Translations under genes and position numbers: made by a program
Shown: positions 30,243 to 39,766 of the stretch, piece after piece
How positions within the stretch are numbered: the first letter of the stretch is position 1
Layout: every line of letters starts with the position of its first letter
NCBI GenBank assembly: GCA_039179045.1
Contig: JBCDEZ010000002.1
Span: 1-58,877, forward strand
Length of the DNA stretch: 58,877 bases
Direction: 5' to 3'
Source: Chlamydiota bacterium
GTDB taxonomy: Bacteria > Chlamydiota > Chlamydiia > Chlamydiales > SM23-39
The notes under the pieces: model-generated
What the model was told of the DNA's origin: nothing
What the model saw: only the letters and a program-made list of their open reading frames with translations
The model's database searches: none

Positions 30243-31417
30243 CGCTCCCTATTGACATAGACCCTGAGCTTTTCATGCCGTTAAAAGATGCGAACTGAGA
30301 GAGGACATGTTTGCAATTTTCTCAAGTTTTTTCTAGTCAAAAGTTTTGAATGCGTCCAATAGCCCTCATTTCAGTTCAACACTTTCATAAGAATTTTCTT
30401 GGCATGTTCAAGCTATAACCAATGCATTTGAAGAATTGAGTTAAGCGGAAAAATATAGATGGGAGCTATTTGTGATTCGTTTCTTTAGTCGGTGGAAAAG
30501 CTCTAGGCTCGGCGGGGATAAACTTTTCCAAAACTCCCCCTTTTTGCTTCTGGAGAGATTCCTTAGAAATTCCTCACACAATTCTTCAGGCAAGATGGGT
30601 ATAGACGAAGACCTCCGTAAAGGTTTTGCAAAAAACTATGATCCAATCCACATTCCTCACTCCCCTTGCGCAGAGAGTGCGGAATGTGGGTTCTAAGGCA
30701 ACTCTTTCATCGAATTTGGAAAGACAGAAGAGATTTGTCATTTCAAAGCATCTCACGTAGAACCTGCGGTATTTTGGATAAAACATGGCAGGTTTCAAAA
30801 ATGAGCATCACGGACTAAAAGCGATCGAGTAAATCATCAACTATTCACCCATGCCAAGGATCTTGTTCCTTGTGTACTCTTTCGACTCAGAATTCAGAGG
30901 TTATGGTATAAGCCTTTGTTTTTTTTTAGGGTTTTTTATTACCTCCGTATCGAGCCTGTCCAGGTTCTCACTCCGAGAGGGGCGCGCACGCTTTAGAGGG
31001 ACGGACGGCGCTCTCAAGTTATTGTGAATCATATGCGTTCGCCTTCTCCATAAGCGAATAACTTTGAGCGAAAAGGTCCTAAAATTCTCTTGATAAGAGC
31101 TTGCACTCTGATTGTTCTCGGGTGAGAGTGCCTCTATATCTCTTGTCCGTATTAGGCTGCCCGGGCTTGCAACCATCCATGTTCGCCAGACCGCTTGCGT
31201 AATCGAAAATCGCGAAGTGATAGGTTCATCCACCTCTTCTCGTTCGGATTGCTGTATCGGACCCTGGGATCCCCAGTTGAAAAAAGAAAAAACCCGACTG
31301 AGCATAAAAGAACTCCTAAATTTTGGTAGATGTTTTATGCTCATCGGTCAAAAAAATCGAGTGTTTTTTCTTTTTCTGGTGATCTTTCTTTGTTCGCTCG
31401 TTTGTCAGCCTGAGTGC

Positions 31418-31756
31418 CTATGCGCCTTCGTGCTGTTTTTTGCAAAGGACGTAGATCCCTACAATCACCCCAATCGCTCCTACGATGATCATTCCGTAGG
31501 CAAGTTTTTCGTAAAAATGCACATCTGTCTTTCCTTCACTTACTTTGTCGTCGATGTAGCTTAGCCCCTTGTCACCGTATCTTTGCACATTTGAACCTTG
31601 TGAAGAGAGAAACTTGCGGGTAGTGCCTGTGGCAAATTCTGTTTGTGCAATTTGCTGGCGCCCTTTTTTTACTTCTCCTTTGATGTAGAGCGCGCTCAAG
31701 ATAAGGACAGCACCTACAACAAGAAGGATCAAACCAAACATTTTTTGTTGTTTCAT
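31418..31756 (-). CDS. small membrane protein (two predicted TM helices), hypothetical
   Basis: 112-aa ORF with AGGAG 7 nt upstream of the ATG. N- and C-terminal hydrophobic helices flank a hydrophilic core. It is the only convincing ORF in the 29.9-31.9 kb gene-poor stretch. Confidence 0.45.
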   Translation of the reverse strand: MKQQKMFGLILLVVGAVLILSALYIKGEVKKGRQQIAQTEFATGTTRKFLSSQGSNVQRYGDKGLSYIDDKVSEGKTDVHFYEKLAYGMIIVGAIGVIVGIYVLCKKQHEGA

Positions 31757-31885
31757 AGAAATTCTCCTTTATTTGTATTTTTTACATAGAAATGGAATTT
31801 TGTAAATAATTTCATTAATAGAATTTATTTGCTATAAAAATAGGTTTTTTTATAAGTAAAAGATTAATAGGGAAAAGGGGGTACA

Positions 31886-32617
31886 ATGCGTCAACGGTTG
31901 CTGCTGCATGCGGGGGTATGGTCTATCTGCCTACTTGCATCTTTGCAGATGGAGGAGTCTTCCTTGTGGGATTCTTCTTCCTCTAGAGAAGAGCAGGCTT
32001 TTTTTCGAGCAAATAGGCAAGAGGTCTTGGTTGCTGAGCAAGAGGAGGTTCCCGCAGACGATTTGCCTATTTTGAAAAAGGCTCCTTGGCAAAGAAAAGT
32101 GATTGTTTTAGGGGAATTGGCCTATTTTCGGCCAAAAAAAGCGCGTTTCCGCGCCATATACGGATCTTCGCTCCTCAACTATCGGTTGAGTACACAAGTG
32201 CAGCTCTACGAAGGATTATTCGCCCTTTTTGATGCCAATTTCTTGCACAAAAAGGGTACTGCGCTAGGAGGGAAAGAGCGTACAGAACTTACCCTTGTAC
32301 CTGTCGATTTTGGATTGAAATATTACATTCCCGGTACCGATTTTGGAGCATTGTACCTCAAAGCGGCAGCAGAGGTGACCGGTACGTTTATTGATAACCA
32401 TACGCCGCTTGTAGAAGATATTCGGTGCTCTGCGGCAGGCGGTGTCGTAGGAGCAGGTCTTTTCTTTTCCTTTGGAAAGCGCCACAGCTTTTCTATGGAC
32501 CTGTTTGCTGATTACTCTTTTGTATCCCTACACCCCTTCGGAAAGGTGGGCGCTGAAGGCGAAGAGATCGACATTGGAGGCTGGATCTTTGGAGGAGGCA
32601 TCGGCTACAAATTCTGA
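31886..32617 (+). CDS. putative outer-membrane beta-barrel protein
   Basis: 243 aa with a signal peptide (LLHAGVWSICLLASLQ), alternating amphipathic strands and a C-terminal ...GIGYKF ending in aromatic Phe, the beta-barrel OMP signature. Confidence 0.55.
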   Translation: MRQRLLLHAGVWSICLLASLQMEESSLWDSSSSREEQAFFRANRQEVLVAEQEEVPADDLPILKKAPWQRKVIVLGELAYFRPKKARFRAIYGSSLLNYRLSTQVQLYEGLFALFDANFLHKKGTALGGKERTELTLVPVDFGLKYYIPGTDFGALYLKAAAEVTGTFIDNHTPLVEDIRCSAAGGVVGAGLFFSFGKRHSFSMDLFADYSFVSLHPFGKVGAEGEEIDIGGWIFGGGIGYKF

Positions 32618-32886
32618 TCTCAGGACCAGATTTGCAGGTACATACTTTCTCTGGCAGCTTTCTGGGCTTAAGAGCTTAGGGTAAGAAATGTTCTTCGATC
32701 CAAATCTTTCCCGTTTTTAGCGCGCGCTCTTGCAAAACTTTGCCCAAATACGGAAATCACGTATGATGGGGGAGCAGAGGCCCTGTTTTCGATATTTGGG
32801 AACAGGCGCTACGATTGTTTTTCGCCATGTTCCATTCCTCCTGCTTGCACAAATTTTTTCTCTTCGCGTTTTATGGAAAGATTGGG

Positions 32887-33804
32887 ATGTGTTGTTTGCT
32901 CCCCCTTCCACTTTTTGCCGAAGAGGCAGCATCTTGCCTCTATAGTTGCAGCGCGTGTCGCGTGGGCTATGAGGAAGATTTTCGAGTGATATTGCAGCCA
33001 GAGTTTCTTTTTTTGCGTGCAGAAGAGGGACTTTTAGAGTATGCAATAGAGCCTACAGGAGCGATTGCGCTGGTGCGGCAAACGGCGTTTATCCCTTCGT
33101 TTCGGATCAACCTAGGCGTGCAAACCGACTACGATTTCCATGATTTTCTTCTTTCGTATACGCGCTACCACAGCAAGAAAAAGGCCGAGGTGCACTCAGA
33201 AACAGACTCGATACTGCCTCTACTTTGGTTTTTGGATCCCATGCAAGCCGCGTTGTTGCGCGTCTCTTGGCGCTTGGATCTCGATGCTGTAGACCTGTGG
33301 CTAAAAAAACGCGTTTTCTTAGGTTCCTGCTGTCGGGTGGGATGGGGATATGGATTGCGTGGAGGAGTCGTAAGACAAAAGATCTATCTCTCTTCGATAA
33401 CTGAATCTTCAGCAGTAGAAAAGCAGAGCCAAAATCAATCGGATAGTTGGTGTGTGGGCCCTAAGCTTTGGATGGCAGGAGATTGTTTTTGGTCTGAGCA
33501 TGCCTACTGCCTTTTTGAAACAGCGCTATGCCTTTTGTACAACCACTACCATCTCGAGCATACAGAAACAAGCGCTTCCTCGAGAAATGAGACGATGGGA
33601 GAGATCAGTAACGCGCGAGAAATTACCTTCGGCATTGGGTACTCGAGGAGCTGGTCTACAGAGTTTCATTGCGATCTGTCAGCTCGCGCGTACTATTTCT
33701 CTTTTCCTGGGGAAAATCGGTTACCTGGATTGCTTGTGCCAGGATCCGGCAAAGGAGACTTATCTCTGATTGGTGTCGGTCTTTCCACACGCTTTGACTT
33801 TTAG
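32887..33804 (+). CDS. cysteine-rich outer-membrane beta-barrel protein (MOMP-like family candidate)
   Basis: Start taken at the internal Met (MCCLLPLPLFAEE), giving a signal peptide. About 14 Cys residues, C-terminus ...GLSTRFDF. The ORF as tracked begins at 32815. Confidence 0.55.
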   Translation: MCCLLPLPLFAEEAASCLYSCSACRVGYEEDFRVILQPEFLFLRAEEGLLEYAIEPTGAIALVRQTAFIPSFRINLGVQTDYDFHDFLLSYTRYHSKKKAEVHSETDSILPLLWFLDPMQAALLRVSWRLDLDAVDLWLKKRVFLGSCCRVGWGYGLRGGVVRQKIYLSSITESSAVEKQSQNQSDSWCVGPKLWMAGDCFWSEHAYCLFETALCLLYNHYHLEHTETSASSRNETMGEISNAREITFGIGYSRSWSTEFHCDLSARAYYFSFPGENRLPGLLVPGSGKGDLSLIGVGLSTRFDF

Positions 33805-33843
33805 CCGATGTTTGCAATAAACTAATATTCAATTATTCGGAGT

Positions 33844-35187
33844 GTGTCTATGTTCTTGTTTCTGATTTTTGGCTTTCTTCTTTTTTCTCTAATTTCTGCT
33901 TTTGTGCGGCTATACAAGCGCTGTCCTTCAAATAAAATTTTGGTAATTTTTGGAAGAGTAGGGAAAAACAAATCTGTCCGCTGTTGTCATGGTGGAGGCG
34001 CAATTATTTTCCCTCTCATTCAGGGTAGCGCCTTTATGGATCTCACACCGAGAACCATACACATCCCCTTGAAAGGCGCTCTTTCTCAGCAAAATATCCG
34101 AATCAATGTCCCTAGTACATTTACTGTTGCTGTAGGTACCCATCCAGAGATCATGGAAAATGCGGCGGTACGTCTTTTAGGCCTTTCTACTAAAGATATC
34201 GAAATGATGGCAGCAGAGATCATTGTGGGGCAGCTCCGCTTGACCGTGGCATCCCTAAAAATCGAGGAGATCAATCAAGATCGGGAGCGTTTTTTAGATG
34301 CAATTCGCAAAAATATCACCTCCGAGCTGCACAAAATTGGTCTAACTCTCATCAATGTGAATATCACAGACATTACCGATGAGTCGGGGTACATTGAGAG
34401 TATTGGAAAAAAAGCGGCTGCCACAGCCGTTTACCAGGCCAAGGTCGATGTAGCTCAAGAAGAGAAAAAAGGGGAAATCGGGAAAGCGACCGCCGATACC
34501 GAGCGCAGAATCGAGGTAGCCAACGCCCAAGCCGAAGCTATACGAGGGGAAAACCTTGCAAAAGCGAAAGTTGCCATGACCCAAGCGGAGCTCTCCGAAC
34601 AAGAAGCTGAAGCAGATAAGCGAGCTAAAGTGGCATTCCAAGAGGCAGAAGTAGACATTCAAAAAGCGCGTGCAGAGGCGGAAAAAAGCCGATTAGATGC
34701 TTCGAGTATTGTGCCTGAGCAAATCGAAAAAACCAAACAGATCATTCAGTCGGAAGCCGTTGCACAAAAGCGTGCTATCGAGGCGAAAGCCGAAGCAGAC
34801 GCGTATTATCAACTCGAACTTTCCAAAGCAAACGCCCTCACGCAGCTCCTCGATGCTAAGGCCACTGGATTTGAAAAGCTGATTCAATCTTGTGGAGGCG
34901 ATACTTCAGCCGCGTCCACTTTGCTGATCATTGAGAAACTCGAAGAGATAGTTCGGCTCCAGGTAGAGGCGATTCAAAATATCAAGATCGATCGCATTAC
35001 CGTATGGGATGGGGGAGCGAAAGAGGGAAAAGAGCAGGGAACAAGTACCTCTGAGTTTTTAAAAAACTTGGTGCATTCTTTGCCCCCTCTCCACGATGTG
35101 GTGAGTCTAGCTGGGATCCAATTGCCTGATTATTTGGGGAAAATTGCTCCTGCAAGTGCGCCGAAAAATTCGGTACCTCTCGAGTAA
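33844..35187 (+). CDS. flotillin-like SPFH/band-7 protein
   Basis: 447 aa with an N-terminal TM helix, an SPFH domain and a long Ala/Glu/Lys-rich coiled coil (AQAEAIRGENLAKAKVAMTQAELSEQEAEADKRAKV). Confidence 0.85.
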   Translation: MSMFLFLIFGFLLFSLISAFVRLYKRCPSNKILVIFGRVGKNKSVRCCHGGGAIIFPLIQGSAFMDLTPRTIHIPLKGALSQQNIRINVPSTFTVAVGTHPEIMENAAVRLLGLSTKDIEMMAAEIIVGQLRLTVASLKIEEINQDRERFLDAIRKNITSELHKIGLTLINVNITDITDESGYIESIGKKAAATAVYQAKVDVAQEEKKGEIGKATADTERRIEVANAQAEAIRGENLAKAKVAMTQAELSEQEAEADKRAKVAFQEAEVDIQKARAEAEKSRLDASSIVPEQIEKTKQIIQSEAVAQKRAIEAKAEADAYYQLELSKANALTQLLDAKATGFEKLIQSCGGDTSAASTLLIIEKLEEIVRLQVEAIQNIKIDRITVWDGGAKEGKEQGTSTSEFLKNLVHSLPPLHDVVSLAGIQLPDYLGKIAPASAPKNSVPLE

Positions 35188-35510
35188 AGGAGGCAGTCTT
35201 TCCCAACAAAAACTTCCTTGCGCGTTCCTGCGGTTTTGTAGCAAAACTTTTCGATTACCTCTAGCGAACTGACCTTCATGTTTAACAAAAAAGAGCAGGA
35301 TAAAAAAAGTTTACCATCAAAAGACCAAAGACCTCTGCCGTAATGTAAAACAGTCGTTTCGTAAATATAGGGTTTCCCCAGAAGAAATCAAAAAATGGTA
35401 GATGGAACGGATCCTTCAACTTAAGAGACGCCGAAAACAGATACGCTGCATGCATCCGCTGGGCTAAAAAGCCGTTACTTGATCTTTTGCTTGAAGACAG
35501 CCAATTCTTA

Positions 35511-36559
35511 GGTGTGTTGCGTAATTCTCTAGTGCAAGTAAAAACTTGAGAAACAAAAAGGCATAAGATTAAACTCTTGAGCTTCTGAAACAAAGGAGCC
35601 AATCTTATGCCTCGCCACAAACGTGACTGGAAACAGTATAACAAACAACTCATCAATCGTGGCAACCTAAATTTTTGGATCACGAAAAAATCTCTTAAAT
35701 TCTGGAAAGCCAAGAAGAGGAAAAAAGCCGGCAGGCCTTTTACCTACAGTGATGAAGCAATCTTGGCTATGCTCATGGTGCGTTTTAAGTACCAGCTCCC
35801 TTTAAGGGAATTGGAAGGGCTCTTCCAGTTCCTAGCCAAACTCCTGGGAATCCCTCAAGTTCCCTCCTATACTCAGGTATGCGGTAGAATGAAAACTCTT
35901 GAGTTGTCAGAGGAGTTGCAGAAGAAAAAAGCCACCGACCTTGTTCTCGACACAACAGGCCTAAAAGTCTATGGAGAAGGAGAATGGTGTACAAAACGCT
36001 ATGGAGGGAAAGCCAAGTGGATCAAACTGCACGTGGGGATCGACGAGAATGGGAAACTCATTCTTGCTGAAGTGACGAAAGAGTCTGTGCATGATACAGC
36101 TTGTCTTGAAAAAGCCCTCAAACGCTGTAATCGGCGAAAAGGCAAGGTACTGATCGATGGAATCGCTGACAGCAAAAGGTGCTATGAGACTTGTAGAAAA
36201 ACCAACAAGCAGCTCTTAACGCCACCGAGTCGAAAGGGTGTACTCCGGAAAGAACCGGAGTACACCCTTAGGAACGAAGCCTTAAGAATCATAAAAGGCT
36301 TGGGTGGAGACGAGCTAGCTCGAGCGATCTGGGCAAAGCTGACCGGTTATAGCCAAAGAAGTGAAATAGAAAGCAAAATCGCCTGCTGGAAAAAGCTGGT
36401 AGGAGAAGGGGTGAAAAGTCAAAGCCTAGAAAAAATCAGGAAGGAAGTGAAGATCAAAGCGATGATCTTGAATGAACTAATGGATCAACGTCAAAGTGCA
36501 TGAGAAATCGTTCTTAGAGAAATATCTTGCCGGTCAGGCAGCTGCTCAAAAGGAGTTGT
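35511..36559 (+). mobile_element. IS903-group (IS5 family) insertion sequence, apparently intact, flanked by a 9-bp direct repeat
   Basis: Imperfect terminal inverted repeats GGTGTGTTGCGTAATTC (35511-35527) and, in reverse complement, GGCTGTGTTGCACAACTC (36542-36559). These resemble the GGCTTTGTTGAATAAATC-type termini of IS903 (recalled from memory). Flanking direct repeat CCAATTCTT at 35501-35509 and 36560-36568. Single transposase ORF inside. Confidence 0.7.
35607..36503 (+). CDS. tnp: IS5-family (IS903-group) DDE transposase
   Basis: 298 aa. The N-terminus DWKQYNKQLINRGNLNFWI matches the NWKQYNKALINRGSLTFWLD start of IS903-group transposases. DDE_Tnp_1-type core with lysine-rich regions. 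Confidence 0.9.
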   Translation: MPRHKRDWKQYNKQLINRGNLNFWITKKSLKFWKAKKRKKAGRPFTYSDEAILAMLMVRFKYQLPLRELEGLFQFLAKLLGIPQVPSYTQVCGRMKTLELSEELQKKKATDLVLDTTGLKVYGEGEWCTKRYGGKAKWIKLHVGIDENGKLILAEVTKESVHDTACLEKALKRCNRRKGKVLIDGIADSKRCYETCRKTNKQLLTPPSRKGVLRKEPEYTLRNEALRIIKGLGGDELARAIWAKLTGYSQRSEIESKIACWKKLVGEGVKSQSLEKIRKEVKIKAMILNELMDQRQSA

Positions 36560-36651
36560 GCAACACAGCCCCAATTCTTGATGGTTTGAAAATCGAAACT
36601 CAGATTAGTATTTTTAAATTATCTTTGACTGTTCTTCTATTTATTTCTTTT

Positions 36652-36660
36652 TGTTATAAT
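36652..36660 (+). promoter_or_regulatory. candidate extended -10 element (TGTTATAAT) ~37 bp upstream of the lipase-like gene
   Basis: TGTTATAAT lies in an AT-rich leader. A TTGACT occurs 24 nt upstream, too far for a canonical -35. Weak, sequence-only call. Confidence 0.2.
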
Positions 36661-36696
36661 TTATCTTTTTAAAAAATCTTTTAGAGGAATGGATAG

Positions 36697-37824
36697 ATGT
36701 CTATTTGTTTTGATTATTTGTTTACATGCTTTCAAAATGTGCGAGATGTTCTTGCACTAGAAACAGATTTCGGAGAGGCAAATCCAATGGGAAACCAAAG
36801 CTTGGATGATCGCATTGCAAATCTAAACTACCAGATCCATACGCGAAATACGTGCGATCAAAAAGAGTATCAAGAAGTGGAGCAAAAACTTCAGGAAGAG
36901 CAAGCGCGCGCGAAAGATACGCGAGCATCCAACCAATCGGAAGCTTCCCCGTTTCAGGATCCTATGATATTAGAACCTTTTCCTGTCAACCGTGGATCAG
37001 TGTCTGAGCATGTCCTATTCCTCGCTCGATGCGCTTTCGCACTTTTGATTGATTTTATTGCAGGAAGCTATTTTGTTTTCATTGGGTTTGTATATTGCTC
37101 AGATGATTGGAATGAGGAGCCTATAGATCCAGAAAAGCCTACCTGGATCTTCTTGCACGGGAAGGGAAGTCGCAGGGGTTCTTTTCTCCCCATCTCTACG
37201 TCTCCCTTTTTTAAGAAGCAGGCAAATATTCGGATGATGAATCTAGAGCCCAAACTCCTTTTCTCCAACTTCCATACGGATTCTCTGGAAGTTTATGTAG
37301 ATAGAGTAGAGAAAAAAATCGAACAGGTGATGCAAGAGATCAACAAAGCCTGCACTAAAAGGGGATGGAATCCAAAAATGAGAAACCAGAAAGTGCACAT
37401 TCTTGCCCATTCGATGGGAGGTGCTGTGAGTTTGGGATACATTGCAAAGCACCCTGAGAACGTTGGGAGATTTGTCTGCATGGCTTCTCCTTTGAGGGGA
37501 GCTCCCGTGGCTTATATGCAGCGTCTATGGATCCAGTTAGCAGAAGAGCTGCTCCCAGGATCACCATATTTACAGAATTTGCGGAAAAAATCCTTGTTAT
37601 CTATCCGTTCCCAGAGGATTTCTATGACAGTATTATGTGGAGAAATGGACCTGTTGACTCCATCCAGATATGTCGCTTTTCCAGGAGCGCAACGGAAGGT
37701 CCATCGTTGGATTGGTCATGTAGGCATCTTGTTCAGTGCATTTTTTTGGGGTCTTCCTGAAATTTTCGCGCGGACCAAAGATCAACATAAAACTTACTAC
37801 CAGCGAACTATAAAGCCTGTGTAA
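36697..37824 (+). CDS. alpha/beta-hydrolase fold lipase/esterase with a unique ~110-aa N-terminal extension
   Basis: Nucleophile elbow HILAHSMGGAVSLGY (GHSMGG). No signal peptide. N-terminal region acidic and helical. Confidence 0.7.
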   Translation: MSICFDYLFTCFQNVRDVLALETDFGEANPMGNQSLDDRIANLNYQIHTRNTCDQKEYQEVEQKLQEEQARAKDTRASNQSEASPFQDPMILEPFPVNRGSVSEHVLFLARCAFALLIDFIAGSYFVFIGFVYCSDDWNEEPIDPEKPTWIFLHGKGSRRGSFLPISTSPFFKKQANIRMMNLEPKLLFSNFHTDSLEVYVDRVEKKIEQVMQEINKACTKRGWNPKMRNQKVHILAHSMGGAVSLGYIAKHPENVGRFVCMASPLRGAPVAYMQRLWIQLAEELLPGSPYLQNLRKKSLLSIRSQRISMTVLCGEMDLLTPSRYVAFPGAQRKVHRWIGHVGILFSAFFWGLPEIFARTKDQHKTYYQRTIKPV

Positions 37825-38464
37825 GATCCGACGTTTAATCTGTTTTTGCGGCGGTTCTTCCTGCGCACATGTTCGATTGGTGTCCTGGCGCATACTAGCC
37901 TAAGTCTATCTAGATACATCTCTTGTTTTGTGCCCCCTTTGAGAACGGAAAAAGAGACGGTTCCCGTTCCATGAAAAGGTGTAAGGAAATTTTCCTACTC
38001 TCCAATTGTCCATTTCTTGACATAACCCGATTTTCGGATTGCAAATCATCAAGAGTGGACTGTCTTTATCTCAGGTATTGATGGACGGTTTTTTAGGCTA
38101 ATGGATGCATGCAGCGTATCGATTTTTTGTACCTCTAATCAAGAATAAGTCTCATTACCATATTTTGATTTTTTCTCCTGTGACCCTGTGTTCGTGAAAT
38201 GATCGTTGTACAACATGTAGAGATCTTTCGGTGGTACATTTTTTTCTATCCTACTTCTTTTTTAATCAATTGAACCCAAAAGTTAGGTTAAATAAGATTG
38301 TTACTTTTTGCCCAGTATCTCAGGAATATGGATCATTTTGTGCCTTGCTTGTGCGTCTGTTTTGCTTTTCTTGATACAGGAAGTTATTTCTAGTGCTTCT
38401 TTTTGGTTTTTCCATATCTTTCTCTTTTTTTAATTTTCTCCCCTCGGTAGACTTTCGTAACTAT

Positions 38465-39766
38465 ATGATGAAACGCCTTTTCTTTCTTTGTATTGCTCAC
38501 GCAAGAGCGCTTTGCTCCCTTGATTCTTTTGATCCATATCCTTCTCTTGTTGAGATTGTGTCTACCACCTACTCGTACCACTCGACGGCCCCGTGGTCTC
38601 CGCCAGAAGTAGAGCAAAAATGGGGCGCAGGCATTTTTCTTGGGAAAGGAAAAATTTTGACCGCTGTAGAAGCTGTGCGCGATGCAGAAACTGTATACAT
38701 TCGCTGCGCTCAGATGCCCGAGCTATTTGCAGCAGAGGTGGTGGCGCGTTCCTTTCCTTTAGGTCTCGCATTGGTAGAGGTAGATGAAGATCTTTCTACT
38801 CTTCTCACGCCACTTTCTTTCTCCCAAGAGCCGTATCCTCGCGTGGACAATCTACACATTTACGGCTATTTTCAAAGGACACGCAGATGGTACCATTCTA
38901 AGGCAAATTGGTTCGTAACTGGGGCTTTAGAAGGTCACCTTTTTCCCTCTTACGTAGAAATTTTGCAGGTGCCTTTCCGAGGGTTTTCTCCGGGATCTGC
39001 TGTCTTTGCGGGTGATCAATTCGTAGGAATCGTTGCGGGATTTGGTGGGCCTCTCTTGCCGAGTACTTGTTCTCTTTTGATTCCTGCATCAGATATCTAT
39101 AGCTTTGTGCAAGCTCCTGTCCGCAAAACTCTTCCCGCTTCCTACCAAAATTTGACCAATCCTGCGCTCCGCACTTACTGCGGCATGCCGGATGGGCTCG
39201 AAGGAATACGTATTTTAGAGGATTGGGAAACTTTGGAGGCAGGCGATCTTCTTCTAGCTATCGATGGCCATTCTTTGAACAATCAAGGTCTTTTGCTCCA
39301 CGAAGGTTATACTATTGCCTACATCGACTTTCTCTTGAAAACAGCAGAAGAAGAGACAGTGCTGTGTAAAATTGTGCGTGCTGGAGAAAGAAAAACTGTA
39401 GAGGTGCCGCTAGCTCCGCTAAAACCTACTCCTTCGAAAACGCCCCCTCACTATTATGTCTATGCGGGATTGCTCTTTGCATGTGATCAGGAAACGGGAA
39501 AAGTTTTGCTCAAGCGCGTTCTCCCTGATGCATTTACATTAGGTTATGAATACGTATCGGACGTTCTGATTGATACGGTCAACGATCAAAAAGTATATAC
39601 ACTGCAAGATGTGTCTCTTTCTCTCGAAAATCATGGGGGAGCTTATCATCAGATTCGCACGACCTCGGGCAATCTTTTGGTCTTGGATCGCGATGAGAGT
39701 ACTTTAGCACATCCTCACATCTTGAAAAAATATGGAATCGAGTCAGAGAGGTATCCTCATGGTTGA
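38465..39766 (+). CDS. trypsin-fold (HtrA/Deg-like) pseudo-protease with a PDZ-like region; catalytic triad substituted
   Basis: Paralogue of the next gene along its full length. The His site reads TAVEAV (versus TNAHVV), the Asp site GLALVEV (versus DLALLEI) and the Ser site PGSAVFAGDQ (versus GNSGGPVLHGDQ). Start taken at MMKRLFFLCIAHARALCS, a signal peptide. Its stop overlaps the next start (ATGGTTGA). Confidence 0.7.
   Translation: MMKRLFFLCIAHARALCSLDSFDPYPSLVEIVSTTYSYHSTAPWSPPEVEQKWGAGIFLGKGKILTAVEAVRDAETVYIRCAQMPELFAAEVVARSFPLGLALVEVDEDLSTLLTPLSFSQEPYPRVDNLHIYGYFQRTRRWYHSKANWFVTGALEGHLFPSYVEILQVPFRGFSPGSAVFAGDQFVGIVAGFGGPLLPSTCSLLIPASDIYSFVQAPVRKTLPASYQNLTNPALRTYCGMPDGLEGIRILEDWETLEAGDLLLAIDGHSLNNQGLLLHEGYTIAYIDFLLKTAEEETVLCKIVRAGERKTVEVPLAPLKPTPSKTPPHYYVYAGLLFACDQETGKVLLKRVLPDAFTLGYEYVSDVLIDTVNDQKVYTLQDVSLSLENHGGAYHQIRTTSGNLLVLDRDESTLAHPHILKKYGIESERYPHG

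Noticed and set aside
30930-31300. The GC-rich ~350-bp patch in the degenerate region was examined as a possible tmRNA (ssrA) or RNase P RNA gene on either strand
   Set aside because: No tRNA-like acceptor/T-arm pairing with a CCA-proximal end was found. No plausible tag ORF ending in hydrophobic-AA* was found. The RNase P P4 sequences (AGGAAAGTCCGGGCTCC / ACAGAACCCGGCTTA) and GGGTGAAA are absent, and the matches found were short and partial. Left only as an unexplained GC-rich segment.
35282-35713. 143-aa minus-strand ORF overlapping the IS903-like left end and transposase start
   Set aside because: Runs antisense across the IS terminus and the tnp start. No RBS, and hydrophobic junk composition.
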